A stretch of 49,652 nucleotides of DNA, taken from IMG/VR virus record IMGVR_UViG_3300027956_000478, positions 1 through 49,652 of that record, one strand, 5' to 3'. A model generated the notes under the pieces. That model was given only the letters and a program-made list of their open reading frames with translations, searched no databases and was not told where the DNA came from. The DNA is from a virus. Taxonomy: Duplodnaviria > Caudoviricetes. Position numbers and translations under genes: made by a program. Below, piece by piece: positions 49,500 to 49,652 of this stretch (positions are counted from its first letter, which is position 1; each line of letters opens with the position of its first letter).

Positions 49500-49652
49500 A
49501 TGGCAAAAAAATTAGCTAAAAAAGATTACGATAAAGACGGTAAGGTAGAGGCACCTGCTGAAGAATACAAAGGTGCTAAGTCTAAAGCTATTGCAAAAGC
49601 AATGGGTAAAAAAAAGAAAAAAGCACCCATTACTGAATCAGAAGATGTTGTT
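49500..49652 (+). CDS. Late protein, partial (runs off the right edge)
   Basis: TATAAATA at 49487-49494; MAKKLAKKDYDKDGKVEAPAEEYKG...PITESEDV. Confidence 0.65.
   Translation, partial: MAKKLAKKDYDKDGKVEAPAEEYKGAKSKAIAKAMGKKKKKAPITESEDVV

Noticed and set aside
1-49652. CRISPR array, tRNA, rRNA or reverse-transcriptase system
   Set aside because: No regularly spaced repeats, cloverleaf or RT motifs seen by eye, and intergenic gaps are mostly too short. Dedicated scans were not run.
1-49652. Alternative genetic code
   Set aside because: Core genes are full length under the standard code and TAA, TAG and TGA all act as stops; the gp43 break is an insertion, not a read-through.

Overview
AT-rich segment of a large T4-like myovirus genome. 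The left arm (minus strand) holds the replication/recombination module: uvsX, DNA polymerase gp43, gp46/47, late sigma gp55, uvsW and uvsY. The polymerase is split into two genes by an oppositely oriented GIY-YIG endonuclease and also carries a LAGLIDADG intein. Next is a late-promoter block of probable capsid-packaged proteins and enzymes (PD-(D/E)xK nuclease, Pol-beta NTase fused to a ligase-like domain, cytidyltransferase-like protein, retropepsin). The middle holds 7-deazaguanine genes (folE, queD, queE), phoH and a ~9.3 kb glycosyltransferase/methyltransferase island. The right arm holds a DUF366-like gene, gp62, GroES, a DinG-like helicase and structural genes (gp15 with a long repeat extension, gp20, gp13, gp4, gp21). 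The most striking signal is a cassette (22586-23857) made of an antisense HNH endonuclease plus a replacement 3' end of phoH, which displaces the still intact original 84-codon 3' end. Two other endonucleases sit in the same convergent, tail-overlapping arrangement (gp43A, folE), and gp15 may show a similar C-terminal replacement. Promoter motifs sit 5-10 nt from start codons throughout, which implies widespread leaderless mRNAs. All calls come from reading motifs by eye; no database searches were run.
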